Notes under the pieces: generated by a model
What the model was told of the DNA's origin: nothing
Databases searched by the model: none
The model's input: the letters and a program-made list of their open reading frames with translations, nothing else
In this document: positions 45,488 to 54,100 of the stretch, piece after piece
Layout of the letters: every line of letters begins with the position of its first letter
Numbering within the stretch: position 1 is the stretch's first letter
Translations under genes and position numbers: made by a program
Source of the DNA: Polyangia bacterium
GTDB lineage: Bacteria > Myxococcota_A > Polyangia > Fen-1088
Direction: 5' to 3'
Assembly: GCA_038257535.1 (NCBI GenBank)
Contig: JBBSJE010000003.1
Span: 1,436-65,435 of the forward strand
DNA: 64,000 bases

Positions 45488-47227
45488 TCAAAGCGGCAGT
45501 CGAGCGTTGATTCCCCAGCACCACAACCTCTGGTCGATTCCGATGGCGCAGTTGCTTCTCCCCGTGCCCAATGCTGTGAAGCTGCCCTCAGGTACCACCG
45601 CGCGGCTGTGAAAATCTCCGGAGCAAGTGATGGTGCCGTCCGTGCGCAAGCCACACATCAGGCGCTCGCCGAGGTTGATTTGCTTGAACGTCCCCATGTC
45701 TGGAAAGTGGCGAGGCTCCATCCCGCCGCCCCAACAAACGATGGTTTTGTCCGTTCTCAGGCCACACGTACGGAAGCGATCTGCAGTGAGCTGAACGAAG
45801 TTCTCATTGGGTGCGTCTGCCTGGCCCTCGGCGTTGTTGCCCCAACAAGCAGCGGAGCCATCGAGCCGAAGACCGCAGCTGTGGAAGTCGCCGGCCACCA
45901 CCTTCACGAAAGGTTCATCGGGCGGCATAGATTGGCCAAATTCGTCGCTGCCCCAGCAGGTGGCGCGTCCGTCTGCCCTCACGGCGCAGCTATGCTGATC
46001 GCCCGTCGCCACATCCACGAAAGTCCCCTCAGGCGCAGCGGTTTTGCCGTCACGCTCATTGCCCCAACATTTGACCGTCTGTTGGCTTGTGATCCCGCAC
46101 GCGTGTGAAGCCGCGGCGCTGACCATAAGGAAGCGATCGCGAAAGAAACCAGCGCCCCAACATAGAAGCGTCTGGTCTGGCTTTAGGCCACAGGAGTAAC
46201 CCGCACCGCCACTGACCTGCGTGAAGAGATCGTTGGGCGCGGTACTTTGCCCGTAGGGATCGCTTCCTTGGCAAACGATGTCGCCATCGCTTTTGAGCCC
46301 GCAAAGGTGCCCCGGATATAAACCTCCCATGTCTATCTGCGTGAACTTTCCTTCAAGTCCTACAGGCCCAACGCACGCTACGCTGCCGTCATTCCTGATT
46401 CCACAACTGAGGTGGCGTCTACCCGCGCTGATTCGGGTGAGGGGGCCGAGCGAGGCGAGTTGGTTCTTTTCTTCACCCGAGATCTCTCCCCAACAAGTGG
46501 CGTTCCCCTCGGCGTTCAAAGCGCAACTGTGTGCATCACCTACAGCCAGCTGAGTGAACTTTCCGCTGGGTGGTTGCTCGTAAGTGGGAGATCCCCAGCA
46601 GGCAATTGTGCCATCGACCCTGAGACCGCAGTTATGCACCCCGCCGGAGCTCACGCCGATGAAAGATCCCGCAGGCGGCGGCACGACCGGGGCCCGATAA
46701 GCGATCTGATGACCCCAACAGGCGAGCAACCCATCCTGCTTTACGCCGCAGGCGTGCCTCATTCCGGCGCTTATCTGTTTGAAGAAGCCATCCGGCCCCG
46801 GCGCGGGCCAATTCTCCTTGTGGCCCCAACACTCGACGGACCCATCCATCCGCAATCCACAGGTGAACGAAGACCCGGCGGTGACTTGCGCGAACTTGCC
46901 CGCAGGGGGAGAACTTTGACCTTGGTCATTTCTTCCCCAGCAGGCGACGGTCCCATCGCGCCGCAGGGCGCAGGTGTGAGAGCCGCCCGTGGCCACCCCG
47001 CGCTCCAGAGGAAGCAGAGGCGGCGGCGCGTCGGGCTGCACTGCAAGCTCCGAAGTGTCGGACTCTGCGGCATCAGAGGCTTTGATCAGGGCCGCATCAA
47101 CATGCTCTGCCCATCTAGTGTCCGGATCGCCCCCATCGTTAAGCTCCGGCTCGCTCGCGGGTGGGCTGCCGCCGCACGCACCTAAAACGACACACGATGC
47201 AACCGCCCACACAAACTTTGCCTTCAT
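45488..47227 (-). CDS. RCC1-like short-repeat (beta-propeller) lipoprotein
   Basis: ORF 45488..47296; the lipoprotein start MKAKFVWAVASCVVLGAC at 47227 is preferred. The alternative start at 47296 would make an ATGA overlap with the caspase gene. There are about 14 tandem ~37-aa units of the form xCG(L/V)RxDGxxxCWGxxxxGQ..P.G.F.Q(V/I).(A/G)G. Confidence 0.85.
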   Translation of the reverse strand: MKAKFVWAVASCVVLGACGGSPPASEPELNDGGDPDTRWAEHVDAALIKASDAAESDTSELAVQPDAPPPLLPLERGVATGGSHTCALRRDGTVACWGRNDQGQSSPPAGKFAQVTAGSSFTCGLRMDGSVECWGHKENWPAPGPDGFFKQISAGMRHACGVKQDGLLACWGHQIAYRAPVVPPPAGSFIGVSSGGVHNCGLRVDGTIACWGSPTYEQPPSGKFTQLAVGDAHSCALNAEGNATCWGEISGEEKNQLASLGPLTRISAGRRHLSCGIRNDGSVACVGPVGLEGKFTQIDMGGLYPGHLCGLKSDGDIVCQGSDPYGQSTAPNDLFTQVSGGAGYSCGLKPDQTLLCWGAGFFRDRFLMVSAAASHACGITSQQTVKCWGNERDGKTAAPEGTFVDVATGDQHSCAVRADGRATCWGSDEFGQSMPPDEPFVKVVAGDFHSCGLRLDGSAACWGNNAEGQADAPNENFVQLTADRFRTCGLRTDKTIVCWGGGMEPRHFPDMGTFKQINLGERLMCGLRTDGTITCSGDFHSRAVVPEGSFTALGTGRSNCAIGIDQRLWCWGINARLPL

Positions 47228-47292
47228 CCTGTAAAGACGGCTGAGGGTAGAAAATCCGGCCAACCATCGCACCCGAGCCTGACTAGGTGCCG

Positions 47293-49101
47293 TCAAAAGT
47301 CCGCAGAGAATCCAATCAAGTAGGTTTCTTCAACGGAGGCTGTGCGATACACGTAGGCGACGGTGACGTGGCCCTCCAAAGCCCAAGATTCACCCAAATA
47401 AACGCGCACCAAAGGCAAGGGACGCAAGGCGCGCCTTTGCACAGAGCCCACCGCCACCACAAGTCCCCCTTGTGAAAGCAGATCAGCTGCCGGCTGCCAG
47501 ATCCCCCCTTGCACGAACGTCTTCGCCACGCCGCCACCTAAGTTGAAAGTGGCGATGCCACGCAAGTCCCACGAGGCCCCCACTGTTGATAACGCGGTCC
47601 ATGTGTCAAATGGCTTGCGTGGCGCCGCTTGCTCGGCCCACTGCCCAGCGCCGAAAGCCGCCAGGCTGATGTTGAAAGACTCAGTACGTGGCATTTCATG
47701 CCAGCGAAAATCGACGCCGGCGCCAATTAACGAACTAACCATAATACCCTGCGCATCAGTTCGAGAGACACCCACTACCGGCATGCCGAACCAAGGAATC
47801 CATTCTAGGCCGTACTCGTCACCACCTCCGTAGGCCAGTGCCAGAGGCAGCGCCAAGTGCCATCGTGGCGCAAATCCATAGGTGATGCGTAGCAACCCCG
47901 CCGCGCCGTCTGACCCCGTCAAGCGCACTCCAGGATCAATGACCGGCGCATGACGAACGCCCAACGCCAACTGAACGTTCCACGAACCCGGGGCGACAAT
48001 GCTGGTCTCGCCTGCTGTCAAAGACTTATTGGCCAAAACCTGATCACGGCCACGGACGAGTTCGGCTTCTTCAAGACTGGCGTTGCCTTCGCGGCCAAGG
48101 GCCACTTCACGGGACCAAACGGCGCCTTTGCCTTGACGGCGCACCAGATACTTTCCAGCGGGTAGAGCCAGACGCAACCTCTTCTTCCCAGGCTGCGTTT
48201 CAAGCAAAACGATCCCGTTGCGCAGATCAACAAGTTGCAACGGCCCCGTTTCTTGCCGAAGCATCAACAAAGCGCGCGGTCTATCCAAGGCGGAAAGAAC
48301 CAGATCATCACGCCCTTTCACATCCATATGGAAGCTGGGGTTTTGGGGCTCACTTGCCAATCGTGCGGTGTCCCGAACCGTCATTTCGCGCGCATAGGCG
48401 AAAGCCTCGTTGATCGTGATGAGGCCATCGTCGTTGTGATCACCGGCGCCGCGCAGCCCCGCGTTCCAATGATGTGTGAAGAACGAGGCGCCCAATAGCT
48501 CGGACTCGTGGGCGTTCTGGGCCCCCGAACTGGAGGAGATCAAGATGGCGCCCTCGCTCGTCAAAGCGCTGGGTACATCCACGTCAAATGGGGCGGCTTC
48601 ACTCAAACCCTTGCTGCCCGTCCATCCGCCGCCGCGGCAGGCATCGATAATTCCCATCCGCAACAGGGCCCGCTTGTCTTGCATCCGAACCCGCAGGTCG
48701 GACACGGCCAACTTTTGCCCGCTCGGATAAAGCGCTTCGGGATCCGCGTGGCCCGAGTAGTAAAATAGCAGCAAAGCCTGACTCGACTTCACTTTGCCTG
48801 CCTGAGCCAAAGCGTTTTCGAGCGCATCTATCACCTGCGCTGGCTGCGGCTCCTTCAGCAGGCGCACATTCTCCGGAAGAAATCCTCCCGTTTGAACCAA
48901 CACGTCCGCGACCGCCTGGGCGTCCCTGTGCGCGTAGCGCAAGCGTGCCCGGCCAGTCGGTGCGGCATTCGCCCCAACCACGACTGCCAAGCGCAAAACG
49001 GGTGGTTCAGTTTGTGCCTGCGCGCGGCCTGGAGTGGGCAGGGCAATCGCCAAACCCAGCGCCAACCTCCACACCCGCAACGTACGCGACCGCGCTTGCA
49101 T
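47293..49101 (-). CDS. Caspase-family (peptidase C14) protein fused to a C-terminal outer-membrane beta-barrel-like domain
   Basis: The signal peptide ends GRAQA. The C14 dyad is LLFYYSGHADPE (His) and GIIDACRGGGW (Cys). The last ~230 aa have alternating hydrophobic beta-strand patterns, and the protein ends ..TYLIGFSADF with a terminal Phe. Confidence 0.8.
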   Translation of the reverse strand: MQARSRTLRVWRLALGLAIALPTPGRAQAQTEPPVLRLAVVVGANAAPTGRARLRYAHRDAQAVADVLVQTGGFLPENVRLLKEPQPAQVIDALENALAQAGKVKSSQALLLFYYSGHADPEALYPSGQKLAVSDLRVRMQDKRALLRMGIIDACRGGGWTGSKGLSEAAPFDVDVPSALTSEGAILISSSSGAQNAHESELLGASFFTHHWNAGLRGAGDHNDDGLITINEAFAYAREMTVRDTARLASEPQNPSFHMDVKGRDDLVLSALDRPRALLMLRQETGPLQLVDLRNGIVLLETQPGKKRLRLALPAGKYLVRRQGKGAVWSREVALGREGNASLEEAELVRGRDQVLANKSLTAGETSIVAPGSWNVQLALGVRHAPVIDPGVRLTGSDGAAGLLRITYGFAPRWHLALPLALAYGGGDEYGLEWIPWFGMPVVGVSRTDAQGIMVSSLIGAGVDFRWHEMPRTESFNISLAAFGAGQWAEQAAPRKPFDTWTALSTVGASWDLRGIATFNLGGGVAKTFVQGGIWQPAADLLSQGGLVVAVGSVQRRALRPLPLVRVYLGESWALEGHVTVAYVYRTASVEETYLIGFSADF

Positions 49102-49880
49102 CAGTGCAAATCATCCGATCCCCGCACCGCGGGGGCAGACCCTTCCGCAGGCTTTTTCGGCAAAACCAGCTCCGTTAGCCACCAGCGGGGATCCGGCTCT
49201 TTGCCCTTCAACTCATTCACATCTTCACTTCGCACAGCTTCCTTAGACAGCACAAGCAAGATCCGCTCGTCGCCAGGTTGTGAATCTATTTGCCACGCCA
49301 CGGGCAAACTCGTGGGGCCCTTGCCTCCGGCCGGGCCCGTCCATAGTCTCTGCCAAGCGCCGGAAGCATCGCGACCGAATGCCGATATGTGCGTGTGGTT
49401 CATTGCATCGACCTTTAGCCGCAACAGGTCCCCCGGTAGGACCGTTGTCGACCCGTCCCACAAAAACGTGTCGTCGCCGCGCTTGACGTAAGCCCAAACC
49501 ATGGGACTTGCCGCCTTGACCCCTACGTAGGCCTCATGATCCCTAACGGCATCATGAGGCTGCGGTTTCAGCAAGAACAAGGAAATTGCGAGTGCAGGCG
49601 CCATCACCAAAGCGGGCAGCCACAAGGCCCGCAGGCGGCTTCGTAGACCAGACAAAGAATGCCTGCCAGGGTGCGGTGCTTCTCCGCGTCGCGGGGGAAC
49701 CGATGCAGGAAGCTCCCGCACCCAAGCAGGTAAAACTTCGGCGTCAGGGCCCACGCGCGCCACGTGTTGCTGGCAAACGATGCAAAAGCTCACGTGCTCT
49801 TGCACGGTGGGAGAGGCGGGTGCCCCGGTTGCAAGTGAATCCAGGGCAAGGAACGACGGATGTGCCTGGTTATCGTTCAT
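49101..49880 (-). CDS. Anti-sigma factor with zf-HC2 (Hx3Cx2C) motif and one TM
   Basis: EHVSFCIVCQQHV lies near the N-terminus and the TM segment is LWLPALVMAPALAISLFLL. It has an ATGA overlap with the sigma gene (49877-49880) and a TGATG 1-nt overlap with the caspase gene (49099-49103). Confidence 0.75.
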   Translation of the reverse strand: MNDNQAHPSFLALDSLATGAPASPTVQEHVSFCIVCQQHVARVGPDAEVLPAWVRELPASVPPRRGEAPHPGRHSLSGLRSRLRALWLPALVMAPALAISLFLLKPQPHDAVRDHEAYVGVKAASPMVWAYVKRGDDTFLWDGSTTVLPGDLLRLKVDAMNHTHISAFGRDASGAWQRLWTGPAGGKGPTSLPVAWQIDSQPGDERILLVLSKEAVRSEDVNELKGKEPDPRWWLTELVLPKKPAEGSAPAVRGSDDLH

Positions 49881-50371
49881 GCTTCCACTCCCTGCTGTAT
49901 GCGCATGGTGGCCAAACGGTCATCGAGCCGCTTCAGCACACGCCTCACGCTTCGCTCGCTGATGCCCATCACCGCAGCGACTTCTTGTTGGTTTAGACCG
50001 TCCAAACGCGACAACACAGCCACTTCCATCTCGTCGCCTGGTAGGTCTTTCACCAACTTGTGCAGCAAGAGCCGGGCGTGGCTCAGTCCCTCGGGGCTGC
50101 TCGTGTCTGCGTGCATTTCATTAAGAGCTGCCAGTTGTTTGCTTGAGCGAAGCTTGTCGATGGCCAGGTGCGTGGCGGTTCTGTAGATCCAGGCGATGGC
50201 CGCCTCAGGCGCGCGCAGGCTGTCCTGCAACTGCCAGAACCGCAGAAACGTTTCCTGCGCCACATCCTGGGCATCACCCGCGCTGCCAAGAATGCGTTTG
50301 CACTTCTCTCTGATCATGGGGAAGTAATGACGGTAGGTGGCCTCAAGGCCTTGTTTGCCCGGTTGGGTCAT
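49877..50371 (-). CDS. ECF-type RNA polymerase sigma-70 family factor
   Basis: 164 aa with region 2 (AQDVAQETFLRFW...WIYRTATHLAIDKLR) and region 4 HTH (QQEVAAVMGISERSVRRVLKRL). Confidence 0.88.
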   Translation of the reverse strand: MTQPGKQGLEATYRHYFPMIREKCKRILGSAGDAQDVAQETFLRFWQLQDSLRAPEAAIAWIYRTATHLAIDKLRSSKQLAALNEMHADTSSPEGLSHARLLLHKLVKDLPGDEMEVAVLSRLDGLNQQEVAAVMGISERSVRRVLKRLDDRLATMRIQQGVEA

Positions 50372-50936
50372 ACGTTGTTCGAGAGTTAACTGAACACAAG
50401 ACGAACCGGCGGGGAAATTCCGGCCAAAAAAAAGTGACAGCGTAAAACTTGGCAGAGCTTGAGGGCGCGCATGACTTTCAAGCTGACAACGCGAAGACGA
50501 TGGCGGGCGTTGGGGTTACCACGCCCCGGGCGAGTCCAAGTGGCTTCGAGACAAATCTGCGGGCGTAGCCATCGAGTTTTACCGCGTGTTCCAAGAGTCA
50601 AATGGCACGGCGTATATGATCCCACGCCCCGATGGCAACCCCGATCTGTTGGCGATCTGTAGCAACCCTACACACGTGCTGCGGCCAACGCTTGATCGAT
50701 ATGGTCTTTGCAACGCAGCTCCCTCGCCAGAGGTGGTTAATGCTATGGCCCCCGCCGATGCGCTGGCGATCGCCCGTCATCTGCACGAGGAGCTGGTGTT
50801 CGTGGGAGAGCAAGGTGCCGTCACGCCCTACGTGCCACCAGACGACATTCTCGCGCTCTGCAACACCGACGAAGTATTTCGCACCACCATGAGATCGCGA
50901 ATTTGCGTGGCCTTCTTCAGGCGTCCGCCAGCTCTA

Positions 50937-52238
50937 TCAGAACGGAGCCAGTGCGCCTGTGATAGAAATCGGCTCGTAGCCCTTCGGCTGCACCGATGTG
51001 GCCCCAAACGCGTCAATCGGGATGCCGTAAAGGCGGGCCAGGCTGACCAGCAATTGATTGTGGGACGCGCCGGTGAAGAGGGGGGCGTCCTGACTGGTTG
51101 GTTTGACGGGTACGTCGCGCGCCACGTGAACGTATCGCCCACTGCGAAAGCCCAATTTCTCCCCGCCCAGCATGACCACGTGCCAGGGAAAGAACGAGTG
51201 ATCGGGCTGTCCTTCTCGGCCCATCCAAACCATCAAGGTCGAATCAAGCAAGCGCCCATCGCCTTCACGCTCCTCTGCATTGGCCAGCGCTTGCGCCAGC
51301 TTTGCCACCTGGGTGGCGGCGTAGGCGTTGTAAGCAACCATCGTTGCACGTGCTCGCATGCCCGATTCTCCCGGAACGCCAATGCGGTGGGCGTGATCCT
51401 GTTCAAGGTTACCATTGTAATGCACCTCCTCGGGACTGGGCAAGGGTAGATGCAAGGTGACAACTCGCGTGCGATCGCAGAGAAACGCCGAGGTGACAAC
51501 GTCGACCACGGCCGCCATCCATGTATCGAGGCGTGATGGACGCGTTGTGGGTGCTGGCTTGGCGTCTGGACAGGATGTGCCTTCCATGGTGGCGAACAAG
51601 AGATTGTGAAAACCACGTAAATCGAGTTTGGGTATAGGCTTCCCTTGCTGATCGAACGAGACGTTTCCCGCTACGATGGTTCCCGCGACCGCCAGAGTCA
51701 CCGGAGCCTTCCCTTGCACCTGGTTTCCTATCAGCCAGTCGATCGACGGACCGGGCACATGAATCTGACCAGCTCTATCCATTAGCGAAGGCAGATGGCC
51801 GGTGAGCAGCAGCACCGGATGGTGGACGTTCTGGTTTATCGCCGTGTGCATAGACAATCCGTCGAACACACTGAGGCGTTGGCGCAAACTCTCGAACGGG
51901 GCCAGGATGGGACTAAGCCCGGGCTCTGGGGCGTCGAGCGAAGCCGACCAGAACTCTTTGTCGTTGGCCTCCGCGGGTTTTGGCAACGCCAGCCCTTCAT
52001 CGAGAAACCCGAAGGCGTGTGTGATGATCACCAAGCGCCGCGGTGGCTCGCCTGCCACCGGGACTGGGCCACCGTCGGCAGAGGCGTCGATGGCGGTCGC
52101 GGTGTCGGTTGGGTCAACTGCTGCGTCATCGCCAGCGTTGGGTCCGCTATCGGGCGTTTCATCTGACTCAAGCGCCCGACCATCAGCGCAGCCGCAGTAC
52201 AGCAAGATCAGAACCGCGATCGATACAGCTTGTCGCAT
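50937..52238 (-). CDS. DUF1552-like protein with lipoprotein-type signal
   Basis: ORF 50937..52352 trimmed to ATG 52238 (MRQAVSIAVLILLYCGC). The features LVIITHAFG, ..FDGLSMH........LLTGH, SIDWLIG, CDRTRVVTL and HNQLLVSLARLYGIPIDAFG follow the DUF1552 pattern as I remember it. Confidence 0.6.
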   Translation of the reverse strand: MRQAVSIAVLILLYCGCADGRALESDETPDSGPNAGDDAAVDPTDTATAIDASADGGPVPVAGEPPRRLVIITHAFGFLDEGLALPKPAEANDKEFWSASLDAPEPGLSPILAPFESLRQRLSVFDGLSMHTAINQNVHHPVLLLTGHLPSLMDRAGQIHVPGPSIDWLIGNQVQGKAPVTLAVAGTIVAGNVSFDQQGKPIPKLDLRGFHNLLFATMEGTSCPDAKPAPTTRPSRLDTWMAAVVDVVTSAFLCDRTRVVTLHLPLPSPEEVHYNGNLEQDHAHRIGVPGESGMRARATMVAYNAYAATQVAKLAQALANAEEREGDGRLLDSTLMVWMGREGQPDHSFFPWHVVMLGGEKLGFRSGRYVHVARDVPVKPTSQDAPLFTGASHNQLLVSLARLYGIPIDAFGATSVQPKGYEPISITGALAPF

Positions 52239-52788
52239 GGGGGAAACTATAACCCCAACTCTCCCACTGCCACCATGTCTCCCAACAACGAACGTGGCCA
52301 TCTGAACGCTGCGGGCAGACATGGTGATCTCGTGCTGGCCTGGAGCTCCCAATCCCCTCGGGCGCGTTATTGTCCCACGGGGTCACGCGCCGAACGAAGT
52401 GCGTAGGAAGTTTAAGCTGACTTTGCGTTCGCGTTAAAGTTGCATATGGTGAGTATCCCGAGGAACCCTCCTGGCCCGTCATGTTGGGATCGACCGCGAT
52501 GTTCTTAAAGAAAAAGGTGTGCTTCTCCGCGGTGCTATCGCTGGCTTGCTTGCTACTGGGCACGCCTTTGGCGGGATCTTCCACTGTGATACACGCGGCA
52601 CTGGCGTCGGCAGCGGCCGCATCGGGCGTAGTGACGTCGGAGCTACTGGAGTCGCCGGAAGCAGAATCCACGAGTAATGCATCCGCGCCGCTATCCTGCG
52701 ACGTGGCTGCCGCGTCGGGAACTTTCCGGACCGAGGCCTCATCAGAACACCCAAACGTTAATCCGATCCAAAACAACACAAGTCGCAC
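52183..52788 (-). CDS. Putative lipoprotein with an Asp/Ser/Ala-rich low-complexity region; the 3' part is probably not genuine (possible decayed gene)
   Basis: MRLVLFWIGLTFGC lipobox. After about residue 150 the translation turns W/R/C/H-rich and overlaps the next gene by 56 nt. The underlying DNA near 52390-52440 is AT-rich and looks non-coding. Confidence 0.3.
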   Translation of the reverse strand: MRLVLFWIGLTFGCSDEASVRKVPDAAATSQDSGADALLVDSASGDSSSSDVTTPDAAAADASAACITVEDPAKGVPSSKQASDSTAEKHTFFFKNIAVDPNMTGQEGSSGYSPYATLTRTQSQLKLPTHFVRRVTPWDNNAPEGIGSSRPARDHHVCPQRSDGHVRCWETWWQWESWGYSFPHATSCIDRGSDLAVLRLR

Positions 52789-52904
52789 GAAGCTCCATCA
52801 GCTTCTTTTCCCACACTGCCGTGCGCTTGTCACCATGGCAGCCCTAGCTTTGCGGGCTCGCCGACCTCAAGGCGGTTGCAAAACGAAGAAATTTTCCTGG
52901 TCCT

Positions 52905-54014
52905 CTACCGCCGGACGAGCCTTACCGTCCACACCGCCAGTGCTGCCAGCACCAGCACCAGCGCAAAAGTGATCTTGGCGCTATGCGTTTCGGTCCAGGG
53001 AAGCGATGCCGGCGCGCGCACTCCGAAAACAGAGTTGGCATGCACTGATCCAAACCGTGCGGAGCGGAAGGCTCCGCTACCCTCACGCGCGACGATGGCT
53101 GCCAGATCATAATCGGGAGGTTGTCCCTTCGCCCCGAACAACAACTCATAGCTTCCGGGCTCGTGCGCCTCGAACACGAGTTGTTCGACCTGGTATGAGA
53201 GCTGAGCGCCAGCGACGTTCAGGCTTGCGTTGTCTCCGTCTTGAACGTCCAGTCGGAACAAACGCCGCGGTGCCTGCCCTAGCTCCAGTGACAATGACGA
53301 GGTGCCGGAAGCCTTGTGCAACCAGCCCGCCGTCTGTGGGATCCAGATCTGCCCATCGTCGCTGGCAAACACTTGAACCGCGCGCTCGAAAGCGGCCGTG
53401 TCCACATCGAAAACAGTCGATGAAAAGGGCACGCCCGAAACGCCAGCATCGAATACGAACGACGATACGCCTGGGCGGGGAGGAGCGGGCGCCAAGCCAA
53501 GCTTGGCGGCAAGCGTTCGCGTAGGCGGCTTCGAGGCAGTAGGAGCAAACGAAAGCTGTGCGCCCGTGATGCGCACGAAGCCGACGCCAGCAGAGGCGAT
53601 GGGCAAAAGACTGATGCGCACGTACCGCGCATCCGAAACCGGATAGCTCACCACCAACTGGGACCGTGGCGTGGGGCTGCTGGTTACGCGAAACACGATC
53701 TGCCCCTGGGCCAACAGGTCCCAAGTCTTTTCGTTGTCAGAGCGTTCGATGCGAGTGTGCCGCATAAAATCCGTGCCATCGACCTGCAACGATAACTGAC
53801 TGTGCTTGCGTCCCGCGTGCCCCAAATCCAGCACGGCGCGTGCGGTTCCGTCGCTCATTGTCACTGGATCGACCAGCGTGGCGTCGACCGACGTCACTGG
53901 TGCTTCTACAGTGGCGCATGCCGCCGGTGCGGCTTTTTTACTTTCTTCGGCTTCATCTGGATACCTTTCTACGCCCTTTTCTTCAGGCGAGGGGTGTCCG
54001 TGAAACCGGGTCAA
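52905..54014 (-). CDS. Hypothetical protein with two similar beta-rich modules and a C-terminal TM anchor (possibly DUF3999-like)
   Basis: 369 aa. The two modules end ..FVRITGAQLSF and ..LNVAGAQLSY, and the C-terminal helix is ITFALVLVLAALAVWTV. No N-terminal signal is visible, so it may be 5'-truncated. The family guess is from memory only. Confidence 0.45.
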   Translation of the reverse strand: MTRFHGHPSPEEKGVERYPDEAEESKKAAPAACATVEAPVTSVDATLVDPVTMSDGTARAVLDLGHAGRKHSQLSLQVDGTDFMRHTRIERSDNEKTWDLLAQGQIVFRVTSSPTPRSQLVVSYPVSDARYVRISLLPIASAGVGFVRITGAQLSFAPTASKPPTRTLAAKLGLAPAPPRPGVSSFVFDAGVSGVPFSSTVFDVDTAAFERAVQVFASDDGQIWIPQTAGWLHKASGTSSLSLELGQAPRRLFRLDVQDGDNASLNVAGAQLSYQVEQLVFEAHEPGSYELLFGAKGQPPDYDLAAIVAREGSGAFRSARFGSVHANSVFGVRAPASLPWTETHSAKITFALVLVLAALAVWTVRLVRR

Positions 54015-54100
54015 CTCCAGTCATGATAACCTCAGCGTACCTCTCATCTGCCGGATGGTGGAAGAGAGGAGACACCACCTTTCATAGGCAAGGAACCAAA

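Noticed and set aside
32406-50371. Looked for a gasdermin-like pore-forming substrate next to the CHAT, caspase and subtilase genes, as in bacterial gasdermin operons
   Set aside because: The only small neighbours are Cys-rich exported proteins (136 and 213 aa) with signal peptides. All the proteases are predicted to be exported, unlike cytoplasmic gasdermin-activating proteases. No candidate fits.
50398-50425. Possible ECF-type autoregulated promoter (GGAAT-N13-CGTC on the minus strand) upstream of the second sigma gene. A similar search was made upstream of 36681.
   Set aside because: The spacer is shorter than the ~16-17 nt expected for GGAAC...CGT-type ECF promoters, and there is no comparable match upstream of the first sigma gene. 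The evidence is insufficient.
50937-51449. 3' two-thirds of the 287-aa plus-strand ORF 50586..51449
   Set aside because: It runs antisense through the C-terminal part of the DUF1552-like gene and has Arg-rich junk composition. Only the first ~115 codons are kept, as a low-interest observation.
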